DNA of 63,150 nt, counting the filler, from Octopus bimaculoides (taxonomy: Eukaryota): the NCBI RefSeq assembly GCF_001194135.2. It is 5 parts of 5 records of this genome, joined end to end, with 100 filler letters (N's around TTAATTAATTAA, not from the genome) between each part and the next. Parts side by side here need not be neighbours in the genome. Positions count along the whole stretch, not along the records: positions 23,600 to 39,609 come from NC_069003.1; 4 more parts are not named here. One strand, written 5' to 3'. The position numbers and the translations under genes were made by a program. This document shows positions 24,581 to 35,268 of the stretch, piece by piece. A model generated the notes under the pieces. It made no database searches, was not told the DNA's origin, and worked only from the letters and a program-made list of their open reading frames with translations. Numbering within the stretch: position 1 is the first letter of the stretch; every line of letters begins with the position of its first letter.

Positions 24581-24849
24581 TATGAAGCATGGTTCAGTGG
24601 TTAGAACACCGGCTCACAATCACGAAGTAGTGAGTTCGATTCCGGACCGGACTGTGTGTCGTGTTCTTGAGCAAGACACTTTATTTCGCGTTGCTCCAGT
24701 TCACTCATCTGTAGAAATAAGTTGCGACGTCACTGGTGCCAAACTGTATCGGCCTTTGCCTTTTCATTGGATAACATTGGTGGCATGGAGTGGGGAGTCT
24801 GGTATGCATGGCCAACTTCTGGTCTTCCATAAACAACCTTACCCGGACT
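24581..24849 (+). mobile_element. tRNA-derived SINE-D with CORE-like centre
   Basis: TGGTTCAGTGG (A box), GAGTTCGATTCC (B box), then GTGTTCTTGAGCAAGACACTTT...TTGCTCCAGTTCACTCA. Confidence 0.85.
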
Positions 24850-24920
24850 GGTGAGAATCGAACTCACAATCTCACGATCGTAAGCTCGCCGCTCTAACCA
24901 CTGAACCATGCGCCTTCACA
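24850..24920 (-). mobile_element. Isolated tRNA-like SINE head, inverted relative to 24581-24650
   Basis: Minus strand: TGTGAAGGCGCATGGTTCAGTGGTTAGAGCGGCGAGCTTACGATCGTGAGATTGTGAGTTCGATTCTCACC. Confidence 0.8.
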
Positions 24921-24923
24921 CAT

Positions 24924-25124
24924 TGTCAAATGTAATGCTTATTTATTGACATTGTTCTGAATTGATCACACATTATCTTGTAGCCTTGAGATTTCAATGA
25001 TATGATTGTATATTTTTTAAAGGACATCGTAGGAGATGCGCGAGAGATTAGATTTGGTCAGCTTGGACATAAGACAGTAGAATATTCAAGCTGGATATGG
25101 CCAGTTTAAATGTTAAAGGGTTAA
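24924..25124. mobile_element. Second piggyBac-type MITE copy, one end missing, inverted relative to 23122-23302
   Basis: Aligns to the reverse complement of 23122-23302 and ends TAAATGTTAAAGGG-TTAA. Confidence 0.7.
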
Positions 25125-25368
25125 AGCTTGACACACTTCTGACTGAATACAAAGCCGAAATGCATGACTGGATTAGATTAAATTTGAACAAGTTTTTGCA
25201 GCCAGCATTTCCTGTATTTCAACATTAACACTCTCAGAAGCTTATGAGTCAAACGTTCAATATTTGATTTCAAGTTATAAGTTCCATAAGCAGTTTATGT
25301 TACATGTTCTGTTATAGTTTTGAATCTTGATTTCATTTTCATGGCAATAATTTTACTTCTATGTTCAG

Positions 25369-26501
25369 GCGTGTTTCAAGTAGACGAAGGCAAATACGAT
25401 GAAGAAAAGGAAGAAAATAAAACCTTCAAATTGCAAGACCCTCCCAAAAGAAAAGCAAAAGCTTTTACCAAATCACTCGGCATAACAGATGAGTTTGATT
25501 GCTCCCCTCAAAAATCGACGCAGGAAGGTACCTCGTCTAGCCCTTCACGGGTCAAAGGCCAGACGTCCATAACTCAATATATGATACGTACTTCACCTCA
25601 ACATGGAGCACGTCTAAGGAGCAAATCCTGTCATTCCCCTTTACCTCATTCCCCTTACACGATACTGGCTCAATCGCCTTGCACTCCGTCGAAATGTGCG
25701 AAAGGCAACGATGGCGGAAACTTCTTCTTTTCAGATCTGCCTACAGGAGAATTGAACACGGCTGTCTTTTCACACGACAAAAGAAACAGAAAACGTCCGG
25801 TCGATATGAGTTCCATGAACGACAAGGAAATTGTGGAAAACTTCACAGATCTCAAAATGGCGTCACCTCCTCCGATAACCATGGATAAACTACCGGTCAG
25901 AGAAAGGTGTCGATCATCGGAAGACGATTCAGATTATTACGCTATGGCGAACAAATCGTCGGCTGTTACTCCGCCATCACCTCGTTTAGTGAAGAGTGCC
26001 TGCGAACGTAGGCAAAAAACTGCAGAATCACCGGTCTATAAAGACTGCTTCAGAAGAACATCATGCAGATGCTACGAGGAAAATACACCTGGCGGATATA
26101 GCAATCGTAGCTTTTGCAAGCAGGCGAATATATTAGAAGATGAATCGATATTGTGTCCAACAGAGAGGAGCGTTTGTCATGGACACGAAAGCTCACAGGA
26201 ATCTTGTCAACAAAAAATGCGGTTTGAACAAAGGCCGTGTTCAACAACGGTATTTGGTCATTCCTTGTCGGGGTTAGTTCCGGTTGATTATATACACGAT
26301 CCAGAACATCCTATCCCAGATGAGTTCCCTTACGAATCCACTTTCGTGTCCTCCTACGACAAGAAGGGAATATACAGAAAGGACGAGATGTACAACAGAA
26401 TTCAAGCGATGAAGGAAGGCAATGATGCTGGTAAAGTCATGTTTAGACGTTGGTCGAATAAAGACGTCACCCGAAATCGTTCGTGCGATAATCAACTCTG
26501 G
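25369..26501 (+). CDS. Large internal coding exon (1133 bp) of the same gene
   Basis: Lies inside the 424-codon ORF 25320-26594. Acceptor TTCTATGTTCAG|GC (phase 1, completes Gly) and donor TGG|GTAAGC (phase 0). Non-repetitive, S/P/K/R-rich. Confidence 0.9.
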
Positions 26502-26992
26502 GTAAGCAAACAGTTTGTCTTTCCGGGGTTATTTGTTTTTTTGTTTTTGTTTTTTTTTTCGAAATTACGGGTATTTTTATGCAACATAGATTAAAGCCTT
26601 CTAAATAGAATTTGAAATGCGGAGACTATGCAAATGCGCGGAAACCCATCGTGTGTGTGCGTGTGTATGTGTGCGTGAGTGTGTGTGCGTGTGTGTGTAT
26701 GTGTGTGCATGTGTTTGTGAGTGTGTGTGTGAGTGTGTGTGTGTGTGTGTGTGCGTGTATGTGTGTATGTGTGTGTGAGTGTTTCTGTGTGCGTGTGTGT
26801 ATGTATGTGTATGTGTGTGTATGTGTGTGTGAGTGTGTGTGTGTGCAGTATTTGGTGTTAGTGTATGCGCAGATTTGTATGTTTGTTTTATGGATGCGTT
26901 TTTATGTCTAGATGCATGCATATGTATTTATGTGCTAAATTTTTGGAAAGTTTTACATATCTTTACAGTTCCCATATTGTTTCCCTTCTCAG

Positions 26993-27413
26993 GATTCTGA
27001 TCTATTGCCATCGCCTCCGTCTCACAACGAGGTTGCTCATTCGCCGGCCATGTTGCCACCATCACCGTTTAATCTCCACCACCCGACGACGACCAAAATG
27101 TCCCATCTTACGTCACGACACGCAAGCTCTTACATTTCTCCAGTCTCGAAGATATCGCCTGGGCATGCGCAGTCATATCGCCCTTCTACATCAACTGGTG
27201 ATCTTTGCCTCGACCGCAGCAGTCAGCCGTCAGAAGTTCGATTCGAAGAAGGATCTGGAAATTCCTCGCATCAGCATGAATATCTGTCTGCCCTCCAGTC
27301 AGCCCCATCACTGCAATCTCTGGCAACGCCTCTAGAAAGTCCGTCGCGGATATGTCGGAAACAGCCCCAACTAATATCTTCACCCAGCAATCCGTTCATC
27401 TTTCCCAGCCAGC
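26993..27413 (+). CDS. Coding exon, 3' boundary at or inside the gap
   Basis: Acceptor TTTCCCTTCTCAG|GAT in phase 0, matching the previous donor. Open frame DSDLLPSPPSHNEVAHSP...NPFIFPSQ up to the N run at 27414. Confidence 0.85.
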
Positions 27414-28325
27414 NNNNNNNNNNNNNNNNNNNNNNNNNNNNNNNNNNNNNNNNNNNNNNNNNNNNNNNNNNNNNNNNNNNNNNNNNNNNNNNNNNNNNNN
27501 NNNNNNNNNNNNNNNNNNNNNNNNNNNNNNNNNNNNNNNNNNNNNNNNNNNNNNNNNNNNNNNNNNNNNNNNNNNNNNNNNNNNNNNNNNNNNNNNNNNN
27601 NNNNNNNNNNNNNNNNNNNNNNNNNNNNNNNNNNNNNNNNNNNNNNNNNNNNNNNNNNNNNNNNNNNNNNNNNNNNNNNNNNNNNNNNNNNNNNNNNNNN
27701 NNNNNNNNNNNNNNNNNNNNNNNNNNNNNNNNNNNNNNNNNNNNNNNNNNNNNNNNNNNNNNNNNNNNNNNNNNNNNNNNNNNNNNNNNNNNNNNNNNNN
27801 NNNNNNNNNNNNNNNNNNNNNNNNNNNNNNNNNNNNNNNNNNNNNNNNNNNNNNNNNNNNNNNNNNNNNNNNNNNNNNNNNNNNNNNNNNNNNNNNNNNN
27901 NNNNNNNNNNNNNNNNNNNNNNNNNNNNNNNNNNNNNNNNNNNNNNNNNNNNNNNNNNNNNNNNNNNNNNNNNNNNNNNNNNNNNNNNNNNNNNNNNNNN
28001 NNNNNNNNNNNNNNNNNNNNNNNNNNNNNNNNNNNNNNNNNNNNNNNNNNNNNNNNNNNNNNNNNNNNNNNNNNNNNNNNNNNNNNNNNNNNNNNNNNNN
28101 NNNNNNNNNNNNNNNNNNNNNNNNNNNNNNNNNNNNNNNNNNNNNNNNNNNNNNNNNNNNNNNNNNNNNNNNNNNNNNNNNNNNNNNNNNNNNNNNNNNN
28201 NNNNNNNNNNNNNNNNNNNNNNNNNNNNNNNNNNNNNNNNNNNNNNNNNNNNNNNNNNNNNNNNNNNNNNNNNNNNNNNNNNNNNNNNNNNNNNNNNNNN
28301 NNNNNNNNNNNNNNNNNNNNNNNNN

Positions 28326-28398
<73 letters not shown>

Positions 28399-28515
28399 CC
28401 GCGCGTTTGTGCGTGCCTGTACGTATATGTATATAAAATATGTATATAAAATATGTATATAAAATACTTGATATCAGCTAAGAGTAGTATCTTGCTTTTT
28501 TCTTCTCCTGATCAG

Positions 28516-28833
28516 AAACAAAACACAGCTCCACTGACGGCGAAGCGAGCCACTGCTGTCATCATTACCCTGATGACCATCGCTTACGCTACCCAGAATC
28601 CCCATCATCATCATCCTCTTCCGGCAGCCAACACCGTAGATCTCATTACGAAAGCAGTGACGCTCACTTCACATTTAGCGGTAGATCACCGTCATCGCAG
28701 CACCAAGTCCCACCATTGCCGCCTTGTAACTGCTGTACAGGAAGGTGCAGCGTGTCACATCATCCCAACAGTCGTTGTTGCCTACAGCGTTATCATTCAA
28801 CTTCTGCTGCCTATTCACAGGATGACACTTACA
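28516..28833 (+). CDS. 318-bp coding exon of the same gene
   Basis: Acceptor TTTTTTCTTCTCCTGATCAG and donor A|GTAAGT. The phase-1 frame gives TKHSSTDGEASHCCHHYPDD...CCLQRYHSTSAAYSQDDTY, with composition like the upstream exons. Its phase link to the previous exon is hidden in the gap. Confidence 0.75.
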
Positions 28834-29190
28834 GTAAGTAACCAATATATCTTTCCTTCTTCTGATACCAAATCATCTTAGATTACATCTTCAGCCTCTG
28901 CTACGCAAAACTGTCCATTTTAATATGATCGTGCTTGAATCTTATCCTTCCTTCATAATTTTAAGAGCCTAATGAAGTTGAAAATGCATAGTGAGTATAT
29001 ATGAGGATTTATTTATAATAAATTTAATACACTTAACCGGTTTCCCATGCGTATAATTTTCAAAAGTGTAAACTTTGAAAATCAACCAATTATGAAAAGG
29101 TCAAGAGTATTAATTATATTATAGATAAATAGGTGCAGGCGTGGCTGTGAAGTAAAAAGCTTGCTACCCAACCACATAGTTCCGTGTTCA

Positions 29191-29250
<60 letters not shown>

Positions 29251-29449
29251 GCATATATGTATGCAATACACAAATATACACACATATACGTATGCTTATA
29301 CGTACACACACACATACACACACACACACTGGTAGTATTAATGTCTTGTCACATTTGCGAACGCCACTCTATTGTTTTTTTCTCTTTGCATTACAGATAT
29401 ATGACAGAGAAGAAACCGAAAAGGGATTTTCCCTAATAACTTATGAGGA

Positions 29450-29746
29450 TCTCGTTGGGCAGCTGAGCTGGAATTATCTGGGAGTAATGGGGTAAACTCG
29501 AGAGGTAACTGGGTTTAACTGGAATTCACTGGTCTCGACTTGTTAACTAGGTTTGAATGGGATTAGTTGTGGTGACATGGAAACAATTGGGGTTCACCAG
29601 TGATAAATTAAGTTAAATAAGGTTAACTGGATTACCCGAGTAAACTGAGTATATCTGAGGTTAGGTGGAGTCGACTGAGGTTAACTTTAGTAAGCGGGGT
29701 GAACTGGGGTGAACTGAGGTCAACTGAGGTCAACTGAGGTAACTGC
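29450..29746. repeat. Degenerate 10-bp tandem repeat (GGTCAACTGA-like)
   Basis: Near-perfect units at 29697-29746, progressively more degenerate toward 29450. Confidence 0.75.
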
Positions 29747-30213
29747 GTTCACAGTCCAAGCCACATACAAAAAATATCTAATATTCAAGGCCGGGGTGGA
29801 CAAATCAGTGACATTTGAACAGCATTCAATATAGTGTAAATATGTGTATGTATGTGTGCCCGTGTGTGTGTGTGTGTGTGTGCCCGTGTGTGTCTGTATG
29901 TCTGTGTGTCTGTGTGTTACTTGGAGCCTAACAACCGAACGATTAAGAAGGTTTTTCTCACTCTTCATATATATATATGTATATATATATATATATNNNN
30001 NNNNNNNNNNNNNNNNNNNNNNNNNNNNNNNNNNNNNNNNNNNNNNNNNNNNNNNNNNNNNNNNNNNNNNNNNNNNNNNNNNNNNNNNNNNNNNNNNNNN
30101 NNNNNNNNNNNNNNNNNNNNNNNNNNNNNNNNNNNNNNNNNNNAAGCTGCAAAATTATCACAGAACTGTTACTCAGTTTCACGTTCCTTTCATCCTTTCA
30201 TCTACTCTAATAG

Positions 30214-30269
30214 ATTCTTCAGCAAATTCTGAAGAATCTATTAGAGTAGATAAAAGCGCTAATATATGA
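30214..30269 (+). CDS. Candidate terminal coding exon
   Basis: Pyrimidine-rich acceptor ...CATCTACTCTAATAG|AT. Phase 1 joins the 28833 donor to give N-SSANSEESIRVDKSANI-stop, with AATAAA about 25 bp downstream. Confidence 0.45.
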
Positions 30270-30739
30270 TTTATAAAAACATGTGACATATTAATAAAAA
30301 TCTGTAGATGTACAACCATCTAGATCTCTGAATACCTTATTTTTTCTGATATATAATACCTGTACATCACCTCCAAACCTTCTAATATATATATATATAT
30401 ATAATAGAAATATGTTACAAAAAGAAAATAGAAACTACACGTGAAAATGTAAGGGGAAAGTAAAAAGAAATATACATATGTGTGTGTGTGTGTGTGTACA
30501 TATATATACATGCATACATTATGCATGTGTGCATATATATATATTTGGTAATACAAACAGGAAAATATAACTCAAAACTTGACTATATATATATGTTTTA
30601 TTCAATCGGCCAAAGTTACAAAATTTCTTCAAAGGTCGAGAGTTTTATGCATTGGCCTCTCATCAGATTTGATAAGCATCAATACACGAAACTCTCTGTC
30701 CTTGAGTCACTTATCAACTTCGGCCGATTAATAAATACA

Positions 30740-30958
30740 TACGAGAGGGTGCTGAAAAGTTCCTGACTTTAATGGTGTCGTGAAAGGCCTTGTTGAAGGC
30801 CCGACCTTCCAAGTTCTCTTACAGAACTTAGAAAAACTGAAGGACCGCTGCAATGAGTGTGTGAACCTGAGAGGGGAATATGTTGAATAAAATCATAATT
30901 CACTGATCCTCCTGTATTTTCTTTTACCCAAAACCAGGAATTTTCAGCGCCTCCTCGT
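30740..30958 (+). mobile_element. Internally deleted mariner (MITE) retaining the transposase C-terminus
   Basis: TIRs TACGAGAGGGTGCTGAAAAGTTCCTG / CCAGGAATTTTCAGCGCCTCCTCGT, with internal LEKLKDRCNECVNLRGEYVE*. Confidence 0.85.
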
Positions 30959-31244
30959 TCATATATGAGTGGGAAGTACGTATAAAGTATAAAACACCCA
31001 TACAATATTCGGCTACACACGTACAACCCAAACATCGAATCGTGCCTCAGATAGTATCTCACCACTCAATAACTTCAGAGGAAATAGGATAACGCGCTTG
31101 CGTATATCTGTTTCATTACTACAAACTTTTTGGATAAAATTTAGTAGCCGACAACACGATTTCTGAAGGAATGAAAAACGACAAAGGTAACTAATTAATC
31201 AGCATAGGAACAATTCTTGGCATTTGGAATAAGAGCTAATTAAT

Positions 31245-31400
31245 GAAATCAGTCCCATTACTTGACTGGTATTTTATTCTATTGACTCTGGAAGGATAAA
31301 ATGTAAAGTTGACCACTGCGAGATTTGAGCTCAGATTATGAAGAAGCGGATCAATAACGACAACGAATTTTATCCAACGTTCTAACGATTCTGCCATTAA
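31245..31400 (-). mobile_element. Very old SINE-B-related copy
   Basis: Weak match: GGCAGAATCGTTAGAA...CTGAGCTCAAATC...CAACTTTACATTTTATCC. Confidence 0.5.
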
Positions 31401-32098
31401 TAATAATGATAGTGAGTGACATTTATAATACTGTTAATAATATTAATAACTAATAAATAATTATAAATTAATTCTTGGTTTGTTTGTTTCTTTGATATTG
31501 ATTACACTTTATGAAGAATGATATTTAGATGTCTTTTTTTTATTCCAGTNNNNNNNNNNNNNNNNNNNNNNNNNNNNNNNNNNNNNNNNNNNNNNNNNNN
31601 NNNNNNNNNNNNNNNNNNNNNNNNNNNNNNNNNNNNNNNNNNNNNNNNNNNNNNNNNNNNNNNNNNNNNNNNNNNNNNNNNNNNNNNNNNNNNNNNNNNN
31701 NNNNNNNNNNNNNNNNNNNNNNNNNNNNNNNNNNNNNNNNNNNNNNNNNNNNNNNNNNNNNNNNNNNNNNNNNNNNNNNNNNNNNNNNNNNNNNNNNNNN
31801 NNNNNNNNNNNNNNNNNNNNNNNNNNNNNNNNNNNNNNNNNNNNNNNNNNNNNNNNNNNNNNNNNNNNNNNNNNNNNNNNNNNNNNNNNNNNNNNNNNNN
31901 NNNNNNNNNNNNNNNNNNNNNNNNNNNNNNNNNNNNNNNNNNNNNNNNNNNNNNNNNNNNNNNNNNNNNNNNNNNNNNNNNNNNNNNNNNNNNNNNNNNN
32001 NNNNNNNNNNNNNNNNNNNNNNNNNNNNNNNNNNNNNNNNNNNNNNNNNNNNNNNNNNNATGCATGTAAGTTTATTTGTTTATATGTATGCATGCATA

Positions 32099-32134
<36 letters not shown>

Positions 32135-32763
32135 GAGAGAGAGAGAGAGAGATACATACATACATACATACATACATGCATGCATACATACGTACATACA
32201 TACATTTAGTTCATATTTACAAAAAACAAAAGACGAAGACAGGTGAAGGAATGACAAGCAGGTGTTTTAGTTTAACACTTGGGAAGAATGGAAAAATCTT
32301 CAACGTTTCGAGCCTACGCTCTTCGACAGAAAGGATTTAGAGGGGAAAATGGAGAGAAAAGGAGAAAAAAAAACTGAGAGAAGAAAGAAAAAATGTGTTG
32401 GAATTAACGGGTCAACATAATGTATTATTTAAGTATGTATGCATGCATGTATGTAGATCTGTCTGTCTGTTTGTCTGCCTGTCTGTCTGTTTGTATGTAT
32501 GTATGTATGTATGTATGTATGTACGTATGTATATATGTGTGTGTATGTATGTTTGCATGTATATATGTATGAATGTACGTATGTATGTATGTATGCATGC
32601 ATGCATGTATGTATGTTTGTATGTATGCATGTATAAATGTATGTCTGTATGTATGCATGCACGTATGTATGTGTCTGTTTAATCTCAGTCAAGTACAAGC
32701 TGGCAGACACTTAACCCCAACCTGACTGTTCCACGTACACACACACACACTTACACACACACA

Positions 32764-32806
<43 letters not shown>

Positions 32807-33014
32807 CCCCGTATAGACACATACATACTGTACCGCACGTAGCTATCCTGTACACACATGCATGTGTGTTTGCGTTTATGTAAATAGGAGTTCTCGGACT
32901 CGTGTGTTTTATTTGTAGATGTGTGATAAAGACCGAGAGAGAAAGAGAGAGAGAGGGCAAGAGGGAGCGCGACAAAGGGAGAGAGAAAGGGGGAGAATTT
33001 GTGTGTGTGTGTGT

Positions 33015-33057
<43 letters not shown>

Positions 33058-33514
33058 NNNNNNNNNNNNNNNNNNNNNNNNNNNNNNNNNNNNNNNNNNN
33101 NNNNNNNNNNNNNNNNNNNNNNNNNNNNNNNNNNNNNNNNNNNNNNNNNNNNNNNNNNNNNNNNNNNNNNNNNNNNNNNNNNNNNNNNNNNNNNNNNNNN
33201 NNNNNNNNNNNNNNNNNNNNNNNNNNNNNNNNNNNNNNNNNNNNNNNNNNNNNNNNNNNNNNNNNNNNNNNNNNNNNNNNNNNNNNNNNNNNNNNNNNNN
33301 NNNNNNNNNNNNNNNNNNNNNNNNNNNNNNNNNNNNNNNNNNNNNNNNNNNNNNNNNNNNNNNNNNNNNNNNNNNNNNNNNNNNNNNNNNNNNNNNNNNN
33401 NNNNNNNNNNNNNNNNNNNNNNNNNNNNNNNNNNNNNNNNNNNNNNNNNNNNNNNNNNNNNNNNNNNNNNNNNNNNNNNNNNNNNNNNTATGCAAAACAG
33501 CTTGCAGTGAAATT

Positions 33515-33515
33515 A

Positions 33516-33583
<68 letters not shown>

Positions 33584-33762
33584 AAGAAGAAGAAGAAGAA
33601 GAAGAAGAAGAAGAAGAAGAAGAAGAAGAAGAAGAAGAAGAAGAACAGGAATAACATCAGCAGGAACAATGTTTACAACGACTACAATAGTAAAGATAAT
33701 AATAATAATAATAATGATAATAAATAATAATAATGATGATAATAATAATAATGATAATAATA

Positions 33763-33835
<73 letters not shown>

Positions 33836-33903
33836 TAATAATAAATAATAATAATATTAATAATAATAAATAATAATAATAATAAATAATAATAATAATA
33901 ATA

Positions 33904-33961
<58 letters not shown>

Positions 33962-34025
33962 TAATAATAATAATAATAATAAATAATAATAATAATAATA
34001 ATAACAATAATAAATAATAATAGTA

Positions 34026-34062
<37 letters not shown>

Positions 34063-34145
34063 CACTACTACTGCTATTACTACTACTACTACCATCACCA
34101 CTACCACCACTACCACCGCTACCACCGCTACTACTACTACTACTG

Positions 34146-34190
<45 letters not shown>
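33515..34190. repeat. Compound trinucleotide array (AAT)n-(AAG)n-(AAT)n-(ACT/ACC)n
   Basis: Read directly. Confidence 0.95.
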
Positions 34191-34392
34191 TGCATACCAT
34201 AAACAACAACAGTATGAGTTGTAACCGTGAGAAAATGAACGTTTAAATGTATGGGTATGAAATGTGCGTGTGTATGTCAGTGTGTACCTNNNNNNNNNNN
34301 NNNNNNNNNNNNNNNNNNNNNNNNNNNNNNNNNNNNNNNNNNNNNNNNNNNNNNNNNNNNNNNNNNNNNNNNNNNNNNNNNNNNNNNNNNNN

Positions 34393-34456
<64 letters not shown>

Positions 34457-34837
34457 TATATGTACGCACTTCTATATGTGTACGTATTGTGTGTGTGTGT
34501 GTATGTGTGTGCGCGCGCGTGTGCGTGCGTGCGTGTGTATGTATTTATATAAGGTGTATGTGTGCATGCTTGTGTATGTGTGTGGGGGTGGCGGTAGTAT
34601 GTTAATTGTTGACAAGGTGATATAATGGATTGGAATAATAGAGCAGGCAAATGAGCAAGAACTCAACATTTGAGAAGGAAACTGCTGCTGCTGCTGCTGG
34701 GATTGCTAGTATGGTACAGCGGCGGAGTAACAAATTAAAAATGTTTCACAACTCCAGCGAATATACCCTGGAAATATTTCTCAGCTCCACCCCACCCCCC
34801 ACTGTATGTTATATATACTGGAGATGTTTCCCAACCT

Positions 34838-35204
34838 CAGGCGTGGCTGTGAGATTAAAAGCTTGCTTCCCAGCCACATGGTTCCGGGTTCAGTCCCACT
34901 GTGTGGCACCTTGGATACGTTGTCTTCTATTGTAACCTCAAGGCCGACCGAAGCATTGTGAGTGGATTTGGTTGGCAGAAACTGAAAGAAACGTTTGCGC
35001 GAAATGCTTAGTGGTATTTCGTCTGAGTTCAAATTCCGCCGAGGTCGACTTTGCCTTTCATCCTTTCGGGGTCGATAAATTATGTACCAGTTACGCACTG
35101 GGGTCGATGTAATCGACTTAATCCGTTTGTCTGTCCTTGTTTGTCCCCTCTATGTTTAGCCTTTTGTGGGCAATAAAGAAATAAGAAACTGAAAGAAGCC
35201 CTCG
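34838..35204 (+). mobile_element. SINE-A head carrying a nested SINE-B (34991-35183)
   Basis: The 14-bp duplication AGAAACTGAAAGAA (34977-34990, 35184-35197) brackets the SINE-B, and SINE-A resumes GCCCTCGTGTG. Confidence 0.9.
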
Positions 35205-35235
35205 TGTGTGTGTGCGCGCGCGCGTCTGTGTGTGC

Positions 35236-35268
<33 letters not shown>

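Noticed and set aside
25320-25368. Hydrophobic N-terminus MNLDFIFMAIILLLCS of the 424-aa ORF, resembling a signal peptide
   Set aside because: It is the T-rich polypyrimidine tract upstream of the acceptor at 25367-25368. The phase-matched upstream exon explains the true N-terminus better.
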